From: Pseudomonadota bacterium
GTDB taxonomy: Bacteria > Pseudomonadota > Alphaproteobacteria > Micropepsales > Micropepsaceae
Assembly: GCA_040389245.1 (NCBI GenBank)
Contig: JAZKAH010000002.1
Coordinates: 2,182,402-2,246,401 of the forward strand
DNA: 64,000 bases
Direction: 5' to 3'
How positions within the stretch are numbered: the first letter of the stretch is position 1; every line of letters begins with the position of its first letter. Shown piece by piece: positions 24,387 to 34,250 of this stretch. A program made the translations under genes and the position numbers. The notes beneath the pieces are model-generated. The model did no database searches and was not told the DNA's origin. It saw only the letters and a list, made by a program, of their open reading frames with translations.

Positions 24387-25814
24387 CTAAAGCTCGCCCT
24401 TGCGCTGGAGCATCTGGCTAAGGAAATCCACCTCCTGGCGAAACAGCGGATCCTCGACGATCAGGGCCTCGATGCGGCGGCAGGCGTGCAGAACGGTGGT
24501 GTGATCGCGGCCGCCGAAACGCCGTCCGATCTCGGGCAGGGAGCGGGTGGTGAGCTTGCGCGAAAGATACATCGCCACCTGGCGGGGCCGGGCGACGCGC
24601 CTGGCCCGCTGGGGGGAATGAAAATCCTTGACGTCCAGCTTGTAGAATTCGGCGGTCTTTCTCTGGATGTCCTCGATCGAGGTCTTGATTCCCGGACCGG
24701 CGCGCAGGCCGACGGCCTCTTCGGCGGTTTCCAGGGTCACCGGTTTCTTGGTGAGATCGGCATAGGTGGCGAGCTTGGTGAAAACGCCGATCATCTCGCG
24801 TGGACTGGCGTCTTCCAGGTCGGCGATCCGTTCCAGAACCACTTCCGGCAGGACGACTTCGGGTTTGTGGCGGGCGAATTCGCTGGCGCGCGCCTTCAGG
24901 ATGGAGAGCCTGGTATCGCGATCCGGCTTGTCCAATGCGATGCAAAGGCCGCCGGCAAGCCGGGACTTGACGTCGGCGCCAAGGCCTTCCAGTGCCTGCG
25001 GCGCGCGGTCGGCGGCGATCACCACCCGGCGGCGCAGATCGGCAAAGGCGTTGACGGTGTAGAGGAATTCCGAGGCCGTGGCGGTCGAGCGGCAGATATG
25101 CTGCAGATCGTCGATGATCAGCACTTCGGCGGTGCGCAGCTCTTCCTTGAAGGCCAGCGTGTCCTTGCGATAGAGCGCGCCCAGGAAATGGCGCATGAAA
25201 TCTTCGGCCCGCAGGAAGAGCGTGCGCCGGCCCCGCTTGCGAAATTCCAGCGCCGCGGCGTTCAGCAGATGCGTTTTTCCGAAGCCGAATCCGCCATGGA
25301 TGAAGAGCAGCGGGATGTCCGATTGCTGGCCTTCGGCGAAGGCCCGGGCCGCGCCATGGCCAAATTCATTGGCCCGGCCGGGAATGAAGCTGTCAAAGGT
25401 CTGCTGGGGATGCAGCATGCGGGTCCAGAGGCCTCGCGCGCCGTCTTCCGGCTCCGTCCCGCGCACGGGCGGCGGCAGATAGCTGACATTGCCGGTGGGG
25501 GCTTCGCGCATCACCCCACCTGCCACCACAGGCGAGGGGGCGGCGGAGATCACAATGGAAATGGACGCCGGCTCGGCGCCTTCGGCGCGGAAGGCGCGCT
25601 CGATGCGCGCGACATAATGGTTTGCCACCCAATTGCGGACGAAGGGTTTGGCGGCGCCGATCTTCAGTTCGTCATGCTCCGCCGATTCCAGGTTCAAGGG
25701 CCCGATCCAAGCCTCGAATACCGGATCGCCCAATTCGCGGCGCATACGCTCGCGCACCGCCGCCCATGCATTTGGCCAATCCGGCCGCATCGGTTTTCCT
25801 GTCAAATGTCCCAT
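24387..25814 (-). CDS. dnaA: Chromosomal replication initiator
   Basis: GFGKTHLL, IIDDLQ, SRL.GGL and domain IV RPRQVAMYL...SLPEIG..FGGRDHTTV. Start may instead be 25790. Confidence 0.96.
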   Translation of the reverse strand: MGHLTGKPMRPDWPNAWAAVRERMRRELGDPVFEAWIGPLNLESAEHDELKIGAAKPFVRNWVANHYVARIERAFRAEGAEPASISIVISAAPSPVVAGGVMREAPTGNVSYLPPPVRGTEPEDGARGLWTRMLHPQQTFDSFIPGRANEFGHGAARAFAEGQQSDIPLLFIHGGFGFGKTHLLNAAALEFRKRGRRTLFLRAEDFMRHFLGALYRKDTLAFKEELRTAEVLIIDDLQHICRSTATASEFLYTVNAFADLRRRVVIAADRAPQALEGLGADVKSRLAGGLCIALDKPDRDTRLSILKARASEFARHKPEVVLPEVVLERIADLEDASPREMIGVFTKLATYADLTKKPVTLETAEEAVGLRAGPGIKTSIEDIQRKTAEFYKLDVKDFHSPQRARRVARPRQVAMYLSRKLTTRSLPEIGRRFGGRDHTTVLHACRRIEALIVEDPLFRQEVDFLSQMLQRKGEL

Positions 25815-25937
25815 ATCGCAAACCCATCTGTTTTTCAGCATGCGTAAGCCGCATGTCCGCCGAGCTTTTGAAGGCTCTTATCTCTTTCGATCAAACGCTT
25901 ATTGCGTGGTTCTACCTCGTCGCATGAATTTCCCCCT

Positions 25938-26384
25938 TCACGTTTGTCGCCAGGGAAGGCCTGCCGCCTTCCAGCCATTTGTCAGACCGCGATGGCCTTG
26001 GCCGTCAAGGTCGCCCTCGAAGCCGCCCGCGATATTGAATGCTTTTGCGTAACCCGCCCGCGTCATCGCCATCGCGGCGGCGCGGGAGCGGGCGCCAGAC
26101 CGGCAAAGGAACAGGATCGGTGTTTGCGGGCCGGCGCCTGCAGCCTGCAGCGCTTCGGCGGCATCGGCGGCGAAATTCGGGTTCGGCTGCATGGTTGGGT
26201 AGCCCTGCCATTCGATGCAATGGACGCGGCGCTCCAGGGCCGAAAGATCGGGACCTCCGACAAAGCTCCATTCCGCGACGGTGCGAACATCCACCAGCTG
26301 GACTTCGGGATCGTGCGACAGAAGTTCCCAGGCCTCATCAATTCCCAAATCACCGGCATATTCGTGAGAAACGGAAGAGGACAT
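25938..26384 (-). CDS. Single-domain rhodanese-like protein
   Basis: LVDVRT..EW, active-site CRSGARS, GGFEG and GWK motifs. Confidence 0.88.
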   Translation of the reverse strand: MSSSVSHEYAGDLGIDEAWELLSHDPEVQLVDVRTVAEWSFVGGPDLSALERRVHCIEWQGYPTMQPNPNFAADAAEALQAAGAGPQTPILFLCRSGARSRAAAMAMTRAGYAKAFNIAGGFEGDLDGQGHRGLTNGWKAAGLPWRQT

Positions 26385-26794
26385 CACAGCAGCCTTGGGA
26401 AAGTTCGAGCATTGCCGGGGTGGTGCCCCAGCATAAAAGGTTCACAATTTCAAGGATTCAGGCGGGCCTTGACTTACTATTACTGCAAGATTGCCCGGAA
26501 ATTTCGCCGAATACTTCGTTATTACTTTTTCTATGTTTCGACATATCTTGGTGTCCGCCCCGACCGTTAAGGAAGATACGATCAAGTCAGGCGCTCACAC
26601 AAGAGGAATAAAACTGGAACGAAGCCTGATTCGACAAAATTTTTCAGTTTTGCAAATCCGGCTAAATGATTGTGCAGTATACGGAAAATACCATTGCTCA
26701 ATCAAATCGCGTCGAATCAGTGGGTTAGCGTCAGCCATTGCGATGCTGCAGCGCCGAAACATAATAAACCCATGACTGTCAGCATACTGACAAT

Positions 26795-26827
26795 AAAAAA
26801 AGCCCGATTTCTGGGATCGGGCTTTTT
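26795..26827 (-). terminator. rpsT intrinsic terminator, possibly bidirectional
   Basis: AAAAAGCCCGAT-TTCTGGG-ATCGGGCTTTTT hairpin flanked by A/T runs, about 50 nt past the rpsT stop. Confidence 0.85.
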
Positions 26828-26875
26828 CTAGACTTGGCTTTATTTTAGATTCCGGAGCGATATCAGCGGCTTCGG

Positions 26876-27142
26876 TTATTTTTGCAGTTTTGCGACCCGC
26901 TTGGTGAGGCGCGACACCTTGCGCGAGCCGGTGTTTTTGTGGAGCACGCCCTTGGAGACGCCCCGCATGATTTCGGGCTCTGCCGCCTTCAGGGCCGCCA
27001 GGGCTGCCGCCTTGTCGCCCTTGGTGATGGCTTCTTCCACCTTGCGGATAAAGCCGCGGACGCGGCTCCGGCGCGAGGTATTGATCGCGGTGCGCTTGGC
27101 CGTGGTGCGGACGCGCTTGCGGGAAGAGGCGATATTGGGCAT
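26876..27142 (-). CDS. rpsT: 30S ribosomal protein S20
   Basis: [12 protein letters not shown]...N.SRRSRVR...[16 protein letters not shown]. Confidence 0.97.
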   Translation of the reverse strand: MPNIASSRKRVRTTAKRTAINTSRRSRVRGFIRKVEEAITKGDKAAALAALKAAEPEIMRGVSKGVLHKNTGSRKVSRLTKRVAKLQK

Positions 27143-27173
27143 GGGGCTTCCTAGGTTCTGGAAAAGAGGCGGG

Positions 27174-27202
27174 CCTATACCGCTTTGAGCGCATCCCGTC
27201 AA
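27174..27202 (-). promoter_or_regulatory. Housekeeping sigma promoter of rpsT
   Basis: Minus-strand TTGACG-N17-TATAGG, about 30 nt upstream of the ATG. Confidence 0.7.
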
Positions 27203-27221
27203 TTAAAGCGCGGCTCCGGGC

Positions 27222-28127
27222 CTATTTTTGGCAGGCGGGGCAGTAAAAGGTCGAGCGGCCAGCCTGGATGATGCGTTTGACGGTCCCTTTGCACGCCTTT
27301 TTTGGGCCGCCGCCATGGCCTGGGGCCGTGCCCCGGCAGGGCTTGGCTTCTCGGCCATAGACCAGAAACCGGTGCTGGAAATTGCCGGGATCTCCGGTTG
27401 CCTGGGCGTGATCGCGCAAGGTCGAACCGCCGGCCGCGATCGCATCCCTCAAGACCGCCTTGATGGCGCGTACCAGGGCCGCGATCTGATCTTTGTTGAC
27501 GGCGCCGGCCAATCGCTTGGGCGAGATGTGCGCCAGAAACAGCGCCTCGCAGACATAGATATTGCCGAGCCCCGCCACCACGCGCTGATCCAGAAGCGCC
27601 GATTTGACGGGCGTCTTTTTTCCGTTCAGCGCGGCCGTCAGATATTTGGCGCTGAACGCATCGGACAGAGGTTCGACGCCGATGTCCTTGAACAGTTTGT
27701 CCGTACCAAGATCTTCTGTCGGTATCAGCGTCATCAGGCCGAAACGGCGATGGTCGTTGAAAACGATTCGGGCCGGCGCATCGGTTTCCAGCACGACATG
27801 ATCATGCTTGCCTTGCCCGGCGCCATCCGGCGCGGGATTGTAGACATAATCGCCCAGCCGCCGCTGATGGCCGTGTGCATAAACGCTCATTCGCCCCGAC
27901 ATGCCCAGATGAACCACCAGGGTTTCGCCGCTATCGAGTTCGGCCAGGAGATATTTGGCGCGGCGGGTGAGTTTTCGCACCAGGCGGCCGGCGAGCCGTT
28001 CGGCAAAGCGGGGCGGGAAGGGGCGGCGCAGGTCTTTGCGCCGAATCTGCGCGCTGAGAATGGTGCGGCCTTCCAGTGCGGGCATTAGCCCCAGGCGCAC
28101 GGTCTCGACTTCGGGTAGTTCGGGCAT
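27222..28127 (-). CDS. mutM: Formamidopyrimidine-DNA glycosylase
   Basis: MPELPEVE, HLGMSG, GLGNIY and RSTFYCPACQ motifs. Confidence 0.97.
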   Translation of the reverse strand: MPELPEVETVRLGLMPALEGRTILSAQIRRKDLRRPFPPRFAERLAGRLVRKLTRRAKYLLAELDSGETLVVHLGMSGRMSVYAHGHQRRLGDYVYNPAPDGAGQGKHDHVVLETDAPARIVFNDHRRFGLMTLIPTEDLGTDKLFKDIGVEPLSDAFSAKYLTAALNGKKTPVKSALLDQRVVAGLGNIYVCEALFLAHISPKRLAGAVNKDQIAALVRAIKAVLRDAIAAGGSTLRDHAQATGDPGNFQHRFLVYGREAKPCRGTAPGHGGGPKKACKGTVKRIIQAGRSTFYCPACQK

Positions 28128-28172
28128 GGGTTTATCTAGCCCATCCGGCCATGGCCGCGCTATGCTCGGGTG

Positions 28173-28928
28173 ATGAGCGACAGCAAAACCGCCAGCTTCG
28201 GTTTCCGCGATGTACCGGAGGCCGAAAAGGAAGGCCTTGTGCGCGGGGTCTTTTCCTCGGTCGCGGCGCGCTATGACTTGATGAATGACGTCATGTCGGG
28301 CGGGGTTCACCGCATCTGGAAGGATGCGATGGTGGAATGGCTCAACCCCCAACCCGGCTGGCGCGTGCTGGATGTCGCAGGCGGCACCGGCGACATCGCG
28401 TTCCGCATCTCGAGCATGACACGCGCCCGCGGCGGGGAAGCTGCGATCACGGTCTGCGACATCAACGCCGCGATGCTGGGCGAGGGCAGGCGCCGCGCCG
28501 AAGCAAAGGGCGAGAGCGCGATCGAATGGGTGTGCGGCGACGCCGAGAGGCTTCCGTTTCCCGACGCGCATTTTGACGCCTACACCATCGCCTTCGGCAT
28601 CCGCAACGTGACGCATATCGATGCCGCGCTGCGCGAGGCGCGCCGCGTATTGAAACCGGGCGGGCGTTTCCTGTGCCTGGAATTCTCGAAGGTGACGGTG
28701 CCGGGGCTTGATGCACTTTATGACGCTTACTCGTTCAAGCTGTTGCCGAAGATGGGGACGCTGGTGGCGGGCGATGCGGAGTCCTATCGCTATCTCGCCG
28801 AAAGCATCCGCCGGTTCCCCCCGCCGGACCAGTTCGCGCGCATGATTGCTGAGGCCGATCTCGGGCAGGTCAAAATTCGCATTCTGTCCGGCGGCATCGC
28901 CGCCATGCATTCGGCTTGGCGCATCTGA
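28173..28928 (+). CDS. ubiE: Ubiquinone/menaquinone methyltransferase
   Basis: [29 protein letters not shown] and [10 protein letters not shown] motifs. Confidence 0.96.
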   Translation: MSDSKTASFGFRDVPEAEKEGLVRGVFSSVAARYDLMNDVMSGGVHRIWKDAMVEWLNPQPGWRVLDVAGGTGDIAFRISSMTRARGGEAAITVCDINAAMLGEGRRRAEAKGESAIEWVCGDAERLPFPDAHFDAYTIAFGIRNVTHIDAALREARRVLKPGGRFLCLEFSKVTVPGLDALYDAYSFKLLPKMGTLVAGDAESYRYLAESIRRFPPPDQFARMIAEADLGQVKIRILSGGIAAMHSAWRI

Positions 28929-30493
28929 TGGGCGATACCTCGAGCCTGTTGCGCCTGTGGCAATCCGCGCGCCTGCTTGCCCGCTATGACGCTTTGCTGC
29001 CGAGCGAATATCGCGCCCGGCTGCCTTTCGGCGCGCGCGCGGCGCGGGTGATTCTGGGCTTCGGCAGGATCCGCGAAGACGGTCCGCCGGGGCTGCGCCT
29101 GGCGCATGCGCTGGAGCATCTGGGACCCGCCTATATCAAGCTGGGCCAGATGCTGGCGACGCGGCCCGATATCGTGGGCGAGGATGTCGCCCGTGCGCTG
29201 GAGCATCTTCAGGACCGGTTGCCGCCTTTTTCCAATGCCTTGGCGCGCGCCGCGATCGCGGACGGCCTGGGCCGTCCGGTCGAGAGTCTGTTTTCAACCT
29301 TCGGCCCACCTGTCGCCGCCGCCTCCATCGCGCAGGTCCATCGCGCCACCACGTCGGAAGGCGCCGAAGCGGCGGTCAAGGTGCTGCGTCCCGGGATCGA
29401 GGCGTTGTTCCGCCGCGATCTCGAGGCACTCGCCCTGTTCGCGCGCCTGGCGGAACGCTTTTCCATCGAAGCAAGGCGGCTGCGGTTCATGGCACTGGTG
29501 GAAACGCTGGCGGCCTCGGTGGCTTTGGAACTCGATCTGCGGATGGAAGCGGCGGCGGCGTCCGAACTCTATGACCGCACGCGCGGCGACGCGGAGTTTC
29601 GGGTGCCGCATGTGGATTGGACGCGGACGTCCGCGCGGGTGCTCACCAGCGAATGGATCGACGGCATTTCCATCCGCGACGCCGCGGCCTTGCAGGCTGC
29701 CGGTCGCGATCCGAAAAAGATCGCCCTGACGCTGGTGCGCAGCTTTCTCACCCAAGCATTGCGCGACGGGTTTTTCCATGCCGACATGCATCCGGGAAAT
29801 CTTTTCCTGGACCGGGAGGGTCGCCTGGTCGCGGTGGATTTCGGCATCATGGGGCGGCTGGATATCGGCATGCGCCGCTTCATGGCCGGTACCTTGGCCG
29901 GCTTTCTGGCGCGCGATTATCGCCGCGTGGCGCAGCTGCATTATGACTATGCCTTCGTGCCGCCGCAGCATCCGGTGGAAACCTTTGCCCAGGCGCTGCG
30001 GGCCATCGGCGAGCCGATTTTCGGCAAAGGCGCGCGCGATGTTTCCATCGCGCGGCTGCTGGGACAATTGTTCGAGACCACGCGCCGTTTCGACATGCAG
30101 GCGCAGCCGCAACTGGTGCTGCTGCAAAAAACCATGGTGGTGGTGGAAGGCGTGGCGCGCAATCTCGATCCGGATTTCGACATCTGGGAGGCGGCGCGGC
30201 CGGTGGCGGAGCGCTGGGTATCCGACAATCTGGGCCCCGAAGCACGGCTGGCGCGCGCCGCCGAAGGCGTCAGTGCCCTGGGCAAGTTGGCCGAGGATCT
30301 GCCGCAGCTGGTGCGCAATGCCGAGCAGCTGTCCCAGATGGTGGCGGAAGGCGGCGTGCGGCTGCATCCCGACACGGCGCGCGAAATCGCCCGCGAGCAG
30401 GATCGCAAGGGCCGCCCCCTCCGCATGGCGCTGGTTGCGCTGCTCGCGGTGATTGCGGCGGCGCTGCTATGGCGCTGGCGCGGCTTTCTTTGA
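28928..30493 (+). CDS. ubiB: Ubiquinone biosynthesis kinase-like protein
   Basis: LGPAYIKLGQ, AASIAQVH and FFHADMHPGN motifs; coupled to ubiE. Confidence 0.95.
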   Translation: MGDTSSLLRLWQSARLLARYDALLPSEYRARLPFGARAARVILGFGRIREDGPPGLRLAHALEHLGPAYIKLGQMLATRPDIVGEDVARALEHLQDRLPPFSNALARAAIADGLGRPVESLFSTFGPPVAAASIAQVHRATTSEGAEAAVKVLRPGIEALFRRDLEALALFARLAERFSIEARRLRFMALVETLAASVALELDLRMEAAAASELYDRTRGDAEFRVPHVDWTRTSARVLTSEWIDGISIRDAAALQAAGRDPKKIALTLVRSFLTQALRDGFFHADMHPGNLFLDREGRLVAVDFGIMGRLDIGMRRFMAGTLAGFLARDYRRVAQLHYDYAFVPPQHPVETFAQALRAIGEPIFGKGARDVSIARLLGQLFETTRRFDMQAQPQLVLLQKTMVVVEGVARNLDPDFDIWEAARPVAERWVSDNLGPEARLARAAEGVSALGKLAEDLPQLVRNAEQLSQMVAEGGVRLHPDTAREIAREQDRKGRPLRMALVALLAVIAAALLWRWRGFL

Positions 30494-31948
30494 AAGCAAC
30501 GCAAAGCGGGTGGTGAGAAGCACGGCCGCCACCAAAAGGCCGAATGCGAGCCCCAGCCAGATGCCAAGCCCTTTCATCCCCAGGCCGAACCCCAGAAACG
30601 CGCACATCGGCGCGCCTGCCAGCCAATAGGATGCGCCGGCCACCCACATCGGTCCATGGGCGTCCTTCAACCCGCGCAAGCTCATGGAGGCAGTCACTTG
30701 CAGGCCGTCCATCAGCTGAAACGCCGCGGCGACATGCAGGAACGTGACGGCCAGGGCGAGCACGTCCCGATTGTCGGCGCTGTCGGGCAGCCACAGCATG
30801 GCGATGCTGTGGGGAAACAGCAGCAGCAGCAGTGCCGCGCAAAACATGAACGCCACGCCTAGCGCCATGGCGGTGAAGCCTGCGCGACGCGCGCCATAGG
30901 CATCGCCTGCGCCCGCCGCCAGGCCGACGCGCACGGTTCCCGCCAACCCGATGCCCAATGGCACCATGAAAGTGAGCGAGGGAATGGTGATGGCGATCTG
31001 ATGCGCCGCCAGGGCCGCGATCCCGAATGTGCCCATCGCAAGGGTGGCGGCGTTGAAGAGGGCAACCTCGAACAGCATGGTCACGCCGATCGGCAGCCCC
31101 AGATGGAACATCTCGGTCAAGGAGCGCCAATGCGGCCGGGCGAAGTGGCGCAGGAACCGGTACGGCTTGAGGTTGGGCAGCCGCAGCGCAATCACCGTCA
31201 TCGCCACCAGGGTGAACAGGTTCGAGGAGGCGCTGGCGAGCCCCGCGCCCGCCAAGCCCAGCCGCGGCAAACCGAAATGTCCGAAGATCAGGCTGTAATC
31301 GCCCAGCGCGTTGAACAGGATGGCCAGTCCCATCACCACCATTGGCGGCACTGGGCGGCTGAGCGAGGTCGAGAAATTGCGCAGGACCTGAAATGCGAGC
31401 GAGCAGGGCAGGCCGAACGCCAGCGCCGCCGTATAAATTCCCGCATCCGCCGCCAGCTTCGGTTCCTGATGCAAGACCAGGAGAATATCGCGGGTGAAGA
31501 ACAGGGTCGCCAGCAGGAATGGCGACATCAGCGCCACCGACCAGAGGCCCATGCGAACGACCAGCCGCACTTCTCGTTGGTCGCGCGCCCGGACGGAAAT
31601 CCGTTTCTTGCTTTTCCAGGCCGCCCCTTCCGGATCGAGCCGCTTTCGGTGGGTCGAATGCCGTCCCACCACGTGCGCGATCATGGGCGACACGGCGGAG
31701 ACCGGGCCGGTGCCCAAAAGCCAGATGAAGAAGAAAACGGTATTGCCGATGGCGCCTGCCGCCAGGGCTTCTTTGCTGAAATGGCCCAGCATCACCGTGT
31801 CGGTGGCCAGGATGATCATCTGGGCAAGCTGGGTCGCTGCCATCGGTATCGCCAGGCGCGTGAGCTCGCGGGCTTCCGCGGCCCATGCGGCAAGGTTGTG
31901 GCCCGTGATGCGGGGCCCTGGATTGGTGACTTCGAGACCGGCGTCCAT
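30467..31948 (-). CDS. MATE family efflux transporter
   Basis: LAIPM...D.VMLGH, LGLPIG, AAHQI and Q.MDGLQ....LRG motifs. Confidence 0.9.
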   Translation of the reverse strand: MDAGLEVTNPGPRITGHNLAAWAAEARELTRLAIPMAATQLAQMIILATDTVMLGHFSKEALAAGAIGNTVFFFIWLLGTGPVSAVSPMIAHVVGRHSTHRKRLDPEGAAWKSKKRISVRARDQREVRLVVRMGLWSVALMSPFLLATLFFTRDILLVLHQEPKLAADAGIYTAALAFGLPCSLAFQVLRNFSTSLSRPVPPMVVMGLAILFNALGDYSLIFGHFGLPRLGLAGAGLASASSNLFTLVAMTVIALRLPNLKPYRFLRHFARPHWRSLTEMFHLGLPIGVTMLFEVALFNAATLAMGTFGIAALAAHQIAITIPSLTFMVPLGIGLAGTVRVGLAAGAGDAYGARRAGFTAMALGVAFMFCAALLLLLFPHSIAMLWLPDSADNRDVLALAVTFLHVAAAFQLMDGLQVTASMSLRGLKDAHGPMWVAGASYWLAGAPMCAFLGFGLGMKGLGIWLGLAFGLLVAAVLLTTRFALLSKKAAPAP

Positions 31949-32049
31949 GGAGCCTTTTACTGGATTCGGGTGACAAGTGGGTGCAGGACCGCCATGCACA
32001 TTCGGCGTGTAACAGAAGATATTATAGGCTTTGAACAATTGAGGATGGC

Positions 32050-32850
32050 ATGACCTGGAATATCGCGCATAGAGGCGGCGGCGGACTGAGGCCGGAGAAC
32101 ACCCTCGCTGCGTTTTCCAATGCGATTGCGCTTGGCTGCGAGGGGGCGGAACTGGATGTTCAGCTTTCCGCCGATGGCGTGGTGACGGTGCATCACGATT
32201 TTCGGCTCAATCCGGCCCTGACGCGCCAAAATGGAAGCTGGCTGAAAGGCGAAACACCGCGGATCAGGGATCTCACTATCTCCGAATTGCGGAAGTACGA
32301 CCTCGGCCGCGCCGATCCCGCCAGCGATTACGCGCGCGGGCACCCGGCGCTGGTTCCGATGGACGGTGAGCGAATTCCGTCCCTGGCCGAGGTGGCGGCA
32401 CTGTCTTCTCCGCGCCCCTTCACCTTGTTGGTGGAATTGAAATCCTCGAGCGACCCAGCCTCGGCCGATCCGGTCGCACTGGCCGATGCCGCCCTTGCGG
32501 TGATGAAGGAGCATCTCGCCCGCACAATTTTCGTCGGCTTCGACTGGCGCGGGCTGGCGCGGATCAAGAGCTGTACGCCCGCCGCGCGATGCTGGTTCAC
32601 CACCGACAGATTGCAGGGCGACGCGCGCCCTGTGCTGGACGTCATCAAGGCCGCCGGTGGCGATGGCTGGTTTCCCCGCTACCAGGACGCAACATCCAAC
32701 ATGATCGCGGAAGCGCGCGCCCGCGGCCTTCAGGTCGCAGCCTGGACCGTCAACGACCCTGTAGAGATGACACGCCTGATCGAGCTGAAGATCGATGCGA
32801 TCTGTACCGACAGGCCGGATCTGCTAAAGGCCCTCGAACAAGGCCGTTGA
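32050..32850 (+). CDS. Glycerophosphodiester phosphodiesterase family protein
   Basis: AHRGG...ENT, ELDV, HD, WTVND and ICTDRP motifs. Confidence 0.9.
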   Translation: MTWNIAHRGGGGLRPENTLAAFSNAIALGCEGAELDVQLSADGVVTVHHDFRLNPALTRQNGSWLKGETPRIRDLTISELRKYDLGRADPASDYARGHPALVPMDGERIPSLAEVAALSSPRPFTLLVELKSSSDPASADPVALADAALAVMKEHLARTIFVGFDWRGLARIKSCTPAARCWFTTDRLQGDARPVLDVIKAAGGDGWFPRYQDATSNMIAEARARGLQVAAWTVNDPVEMTRLIELKIDAICTDRPDLLKALEQGR

Positions 32851-33783
32851 AAGATAGCGTTCGGCGAAGGAGGGGATCACCGCGACGATGGTCTTGCCTT
32901 CGTTCCCCGGTCTTGCGCCCACTTCCAGTGCCGCGGCGATTGCCGCGCCCGAAGAGATGCCCACCGGGATGCCCTCCAGCTTGGCGGCCTGACGCGCCGT
33001 CTCGAGCGCCGTCTCGTTGGAGATGGTGATGATTTCGTCGATCACCTTGCAGTCCAAAATGCCCGGCACGAAGCCCGCGCCCAGGCCCTGGATTTTGTGC
33101 GGACCAGGCTGTCCACCGGACAGGACGGCGCTGTCTTCCGGCTCCAGCGCGATCATCTGGACGCTGGGCTTGCGCGCCTTCAGCACCTGGCCGACGCCGG
33201 TGATGGTGCCGCCGGTGCCCACGCCGGAAATCACGATATCGACCTTGCCCTCTGTGTCGTTCCAGATTTCCTCGGCCGTGGTGCGGCGATGGATATCGGG
33301 ATTGGCGGGATTTTCGAATTGCTGCGGAATCACCGCGCCGGGAATCTGCGCCATCAGTTCCTGGGCGCGCGCGATGGCGCCCTTCATGCCTTTGGCGGCG
33401 TCGGTGAGTTCGAGTTCGGCGCCCATGATCAGCAGCATCTTGCGCCGTTCGATGGACATGGATTCAGGCATCACCAGGATCAGGCGATAACCTTTGGCGG
33501 CGGCGACAAAGGCCAGCGCGATTCCGGTATTGCCGCTGGTCGGCTCGATCAGGGTGGATTTTCCGGGCGTGATCGCGCCCTGTTTCTCCAGCGCCTCGAT
33601 CATGCCCACCCCGATGCGGTCCTTGACCGAGGCGAGGGGATTGAAGAATTCCAGCTTGAGCAGGATATCCGCCTTGACGCCGGCGTCCTGCGCCATCCGG
33701 TGAATCCGCACCAGGGGTGTATCGCCGATGGTTTCGGTGATGGAATTGTAGATGCGGCCGCGGCCGGGTTTGCCCGTCTGCAT
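32824..33783 (-). CDS. cysK: Cysteine synthase A
   Basis: PLP-lysine [20 protein letters not shown] and HKIQGLG motifs. Confidence 0.97.
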   Translation of the reverse strand: MQTGKPGRGRIYNSITETIGDTPLVRIHRMAQDAGVKADILLKLEFFNPLASVKDRIGVGMIEALEKQGAITPGKSTLIEPTSGNTGIALAFVAAAKGYRLILVMPESMSIERRKMLLIMGAELELTDAAKGMKGAIARAQELMAQIPGAVIPQQFENPANPDIHRRTTAEEIWNDTEGKVDIVISGVGTGGTITGVGQVLKARKPSVQMIALEPEDSAVLSGGQPGPHKIQGLGAGFVPGILDCKVIDEIITISNETALETARQAAKLEGIPVGISSGAAIAAALEVGARPGNEGKTIVAVIPSFAERYLSTALFEGL

Positions 33784-33794
33784 GGAAGCTCCTG

Positions 33795-34250
33795 TCAGAT
33801 TGCGAAGTCGGCCCCGGCGGCGCCGGTCACATCCACACCCTGGACGCGGGCACGCTGGCAAAGATCCTCGATCGAGATGGCATCGAGCTGCGCCATGATA
33901 TCCTCCTGCAAGGTCTGGATCAGGGGCGCGACGATGCGCAAGCCCAGTTCCGACCGGGGCCGGATCTTTTCCTCCTCGACATCTTCGATGCTTTCGGCGA
34001 CGCGCACCACATCGCCCACCGAAATGCGGCGGCGTTCGCGCGCCAGGCGATAGCCGCCGCGCGGACCGCGCACGCCTTTGAGGATGCCGGCGCGCACCAG
34101 CTGCTGCATCACTTGCTCCAGATAGCGCTGGGGCACGCCCTGGCGGGCGGTAATCTCCTTGGCCTGCACCGGTTCGGGCCTTGCATTGAAGGCAATATCG
34201 ATCACCGCTTCCAGAGCCAGCAATGTCTTGCGGGAGAGGCGCAGCATCAT
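33795..34250 (-). CDS. Rrf2 family transcriptional regulator, CymR-like
   Basis: [22 protein letters not shown] wing motif; only one Cys. Confidence 0.9.
   Translation of the reverse strand: MMLRLSRKTLLALEAVIDIAFNARPEPVQAKEITARQGVPQRYLEQVMQQLVRAGILKGVRGPRGGYRLARERRRISVGDVVRVAESIEDVEEEKIRPRSELGLRIVAPLIQTLQEDIMAQLDAISIEDLCQRARVQGVDVTGAAGADFAI

Noticed and set aside
26491-26775. 94-aa plus-strand ORF in the AT-rich region
   Set aside because: No RBS, codon usage unlike host genes and no recognisable motif. It is better explained as regulatory DNA.
24127-26875. oriC next to dnaA
   Set aside because: No TTATCCACA-like box better than about 6/9 found by eye. GGGNAGGG (KOPS) octamers I spotted read on + on both sides of dnaA (4598, 9810, 23746, 24534, 28015, 40500, 47742, 54273; one on - at 9109), so polarity does not switch here. 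The scan was not exhaustive; a GC-skew plot would settle it.
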